Source: Prorocentrum cordatum (taxonomy: Eukaryota). From it: a DNA stretch of 64,000 bases. The notes beneath the pieces are model-generated. The model made no database searches, had not been told where the DNA came from, and saw only the letters and a list, made by a program, of their open reading frames with translations. The position numbers and the translations under genes were made by a program. The stretch is from the NCBI GenBank assembly GCA_963575745.1, contig CAUYUJ010000002.1, positions 992,001 to 1,056,000 of the forward strand, written 5' to 3'. Positions 60,801 to 64,000 of the stretch are shown piece after piece (within the stretch, counting starts at the first letter, position 1; each line of letters opens with the position of its first letter).

Positions 60801-63800
60801 ACGCCCTGGCCTCGGCCAGCCTGCCCTGGCACTCCCGGACATCCTCGCGCTCGTTCATCGTCATCATCTGGCTGAGCGGGCGGCAGACCGTCGAGCACAC
60901 TGCGGGCGCTGGCCTGCCGAAATCCATTTCGAGCGGGCCCTCTTTCGGCCCGCCGCCCGCGCGAAGCCCCGGGCCGCCGGGGGGGCCATCGCGGCCCCGG
61001 GCCCCAGGTCGAAGACTGACGCGGGCCTGCAGAGGCACCAGGGGAGAACGCCTCGGTGGCGTCGCTCCTGACGACATTCAGCTTGCCCCTGGGTCCCCCG
61101 AGCTGGATCAGCGGCGCCCCGATCTCCTTGCCGTCACCAGGGACAACGACATCTGGTTGCCCCCTGACGCCTCGCCTCCGCCTCCAGCTTCTCATCGCCG
61201 GAGGCTGACGTCGAGCTTCCGCCGCCCGACGCTTCAGCTGGCCCGGCCTCTTCCATGGGGCCCTCTGCGGCCCTCAAAGAGTCGCCCCTCCGAGATGTGT
61301 TTCTTCTTCGGGCCCGCGCCCAGGATGCCCTCTGGCTTCCGATCTCCAGCGTGAGCTCGATGCCTCTCAGATCCACCCATCAGCGCGTCGCTCTGAGCGG
61401 CATCCTCCAACCTCGCCCTGCAGGCGCCCGGGGGCACCGCAACCTCGGCGAGGCCGTGCCTCTGCAGCTCGACCTCCTGGCGGACGTAGATCCTTCTCGG
61501 CTGCGCTAACGTGGCCCTGGCGGTGGGCCCGCGCGCGGGGCCGCCGCGCCTGCCGCGACGCTCGCGCCTGCGGGGGCGCCTACCTACCGTCGGCGATCGC
61601 CCCCAGCGCCGGGCCCCATGGCGGCGCGCCCTCCAACTGCGCGAACAGGACCCTGCCTTCTTGCGACGACGCTGGCACCCCCGTGGGCGATCTCGCCCCC
61701 GCAGCACCGGCGCCCCCCCCCCCCAGCGCGCATCGCGTCGGACCTGTTCACGAAGCCCAGGAACATGCCTTTCAGCTACCTGTCCTTCAGCTACAACGCC
61801 CTCGCGCCGGTCGGCCGGTAGAACGCCCTCAGCCCGAACGTCGGCAACGCCCTCTTGATCGGTCGGCCCTTCGCGAGCTCGTGGGCCCCCCCCCTTTGGC
61901 GTCGGCCTGGCCCGTCGCGCAGCGTTCTTCGCCGCCCGCGGCAAGCTCGGGTGCGTCGCGCCAGGGGGCTCCTCGAAGCCCGTCTGGACTCCATGTGGTT
62001 CCCGAAGGACATTCGCCGCGTCCCTCTCGAACGCCGGGGTCGCCCTCTCCTGGTCGCTCTTCGCTCGAACCTCTGGTGGCCCGTCGCTAGGCGCATCTCC
62101 CCCGACATCTTCGCGCTGCAGTCGCGCCGCGCCCCCCCTCGCACGGCGGCGCCTCCGCCGCCGCCCGTCGCGCCCCGCGACCCCTCGGGGTCGCGATGGG
62201 GGAGCTGTCCGCGGCGCCCCCCATCCTGCTCCTCCGTCTGGTCGAGCCACTCAGGCCACGGGGGCGAGAGGATCTGGGGTTTGAAGAAACGGCCCCGGAT
62301 TTAGAACATCCGCTTTTGTGTGGGAAGCGTTTTTCGCGTTTTATACCATAATGTTTTGCCATGTGTTGATTGGGCGGCGCAAATTGATGAATCCAATTCT
62401 CGCTTTAGTTAACCGTCGCTTCTTCAATGATTTGTTTGAAGAATGCGCGCCCAGTCAATGCCATGACCTATGCTCGCCAGTGACCGTCTGCCACCGTCTG
62501 CAGGTCGCCGCAGTCGATCGCCGGCATCGGGGTCGAATCCCCCGGCTCGGCCGGGCCCCTTGCGGCAGCGCCCCGCCGCGCAGTGCCCGCGCCAAGCTCG
62601 GCGCGGCGCGTGGCTTGCGCGTGGTCGAGCCGATCCTGCTCCGCCGTCTCGTTCGGCGCCCCCATCGCCTTCGCCCTCGGCCCCGTCGTCGCCTACCAGG
62701 GGCGGCGCGCCAGCTCCGACAACTCGACCACCTGCTCCGGCAACTCGCCCCGCAGCAGAACGCGTGCGTCGACCTCTCCGCCGTCGAGGCGGGTCTCGCC
62801 CTCGTTGACCTCCGCGCGCAGGTCGACGGGGCGCAGCTCTGGAGGTCTCGCGGTCTCGCGGACTGCCGGCGAAAAGATGCCGACGCGCTGCCGGAAGCAA
62901 GCGGCGCCTCCACCGCCAACTCGAAGACGCCGTTCTTCCTCGCGCACCCATGGACGCCCACCCGTGCTGAGGTCCTGGCAGTGGGGCCCCCCGAGCTTGA
63001 GCGCGACCCTGTTGCGAGCGTTCGCCATCTCGCCCGCGGTTATAATCGGCTGCGACGCCAGCGCGTCGTGGCGCCCGATGCCCTTCAGGGGCCCGAGCCC
63101 GCTCGCACTCGCAACCTCTCCCACGGTCGCGCGCGCGCCCCAGTCTGGTGCCCGGCCGCCGCCCGCCGACCTGCAGCCGTCGCCTTTGCGGCTCGTCTCC
63201 TTCTCCTCTGCCTCGCAGTCCCGGCGCTGGTCTAGCGGGATGACCGTCGACGCAGCTCCGCTGTCGACGCCGCGCGCCCCTCTCGCACCCGCCCCGCTCG
63301 ATGCCAAACCTTGGAACTCGAGACGCGACCTCTGGATCGACGCGATCCTCGGCGAGGAGCCTGACCACCGTCGCGTTCTCTTTGGGCGCGTCCTTCATCG
63401 AGAGCGCTGGCAAAAACAGACCTCGCAGTGGCTTCTGAGACTCGACTCTGGCTCTCCAGCAGGTTCGCTCGCAAGGTCGCTTGTGTTCCTACCCTTGGCC
63501 TTGGGGCGGTCCGCCTGCCTGTGACCTGGTCCGCCGCGCCCCCGACGCGCGGGACCGTTGCCCGTGGCTGCGCCACCTTTTGGGCCTCTTTTGCCTGTGG
63601 GGGCCTTGCCGTGGCTCCTGTTTCATTCGTGGCCCTTCGGGTTGAGTCTGCTTGTGCCGGCGCCCCTTGGCGAGGTGGCCTTTGCGGTGGCAGGTCGCGC
63701 GGCCTTGGTTTTTGCAGTGGCCTTTCGCGCGTTTCTGGCGCATCTTCTAGCCGAGCGCGCCAAGCTCCATCGACCAAGGCCCTCCCGCCGAACTTTGCAC

Positions 63801-64000
63801 CGCCAGCTGCGCCGCCCGCGCGTTCTGCGCCTCCTCGCGGTGCCCAGCCCAAGTGTGCAGTCTCTCCAAGCTCATGACGAGGCGCTGCCTGGGCGGGCTA
63901 CCGGGCAACTGGAGCAGGGCAGTCCCGATCCTGATCGCGTCCCGCATCTTCTCCTTAGAACTCCCCGCGCACATCGTCCCATCCCGCTCGAAGGCCCCGG
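57900..64000 (-). mobile_element. Heavily decayed Ty1/copia retrotransposon (gag-PR-INT-MTase-like-RT-RNase H)
   Basis: Fragments in order: gag (DAIRIG...SMELGAL, degenerate knuckle, about 63600-64000); GVDSGAA (about 63260); SDQE (about 62050) and FLGFVNRSD; MTase-like (60460-61070); RT (WVDANNGD about 59250, RGGDFV about 58840); RNase H (VWTDSDFAG...TRK about 58340, NVAD about 58005). Many frameshifts and insertions. Confidence 0.8.
60460..61070 (-). pseudogene. Decayed C5-MTase-like domain of the second copia element
   Basis: SDATEAFSPG (compare EVFSPPR), VCSTVCRPLSQMMTMN (compare LSPPCTEFAAIN), FLDFAIELRALQARAGRYFSHGH (compare YAMEIIELQISGGRKFALEQP), IERYPTKLAREIVKG (compare AACYPTKFCKTI). 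Confidence 0.65.

Overview
Repeat-dominated, GC-rich eukaryotic DNA, most likely dinoflagellate nuclear DNA. This is inferred from a 20/21 match to the dinoflagellate spliced leader at 1687-1707, AG|G intron ends and retroelement types. Most long ORFs in the track are artefacts of (CCT/GGA)n, (CAT/CGT)n and GC-rich satellites. The supported coding content is: (i) a two-exon C5-cytosine-methyltransferase-like gene at the left edge; (ii) a fairly young, 3'-truncated Ty1/copia-order LTR retrotransposon (about 4.2-12.3 kb, minus) with gag, protease, a C5-MTase-like domain, integrase and a long dual-coded stretch interrupted by a 1.33-kb foldback insertion; (iii) a heavily decayed copia element (about 57.9-64 kb, minus) whose C5-MTase-like domain sits in a different position, between integrase and RT; and (iv) several non-LTR (LINE) fragments. 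The rest is microsatellites, minisatellites and several MITE families with recognisable TIRs and 5-bp or 9-bp target-site duplications. The main candidate system is copia LTR retrotransposons carrying their own DNA-methyltransferase-like domain in two different architectures. All protein calls come from motif recognition by eye; no searches were run.
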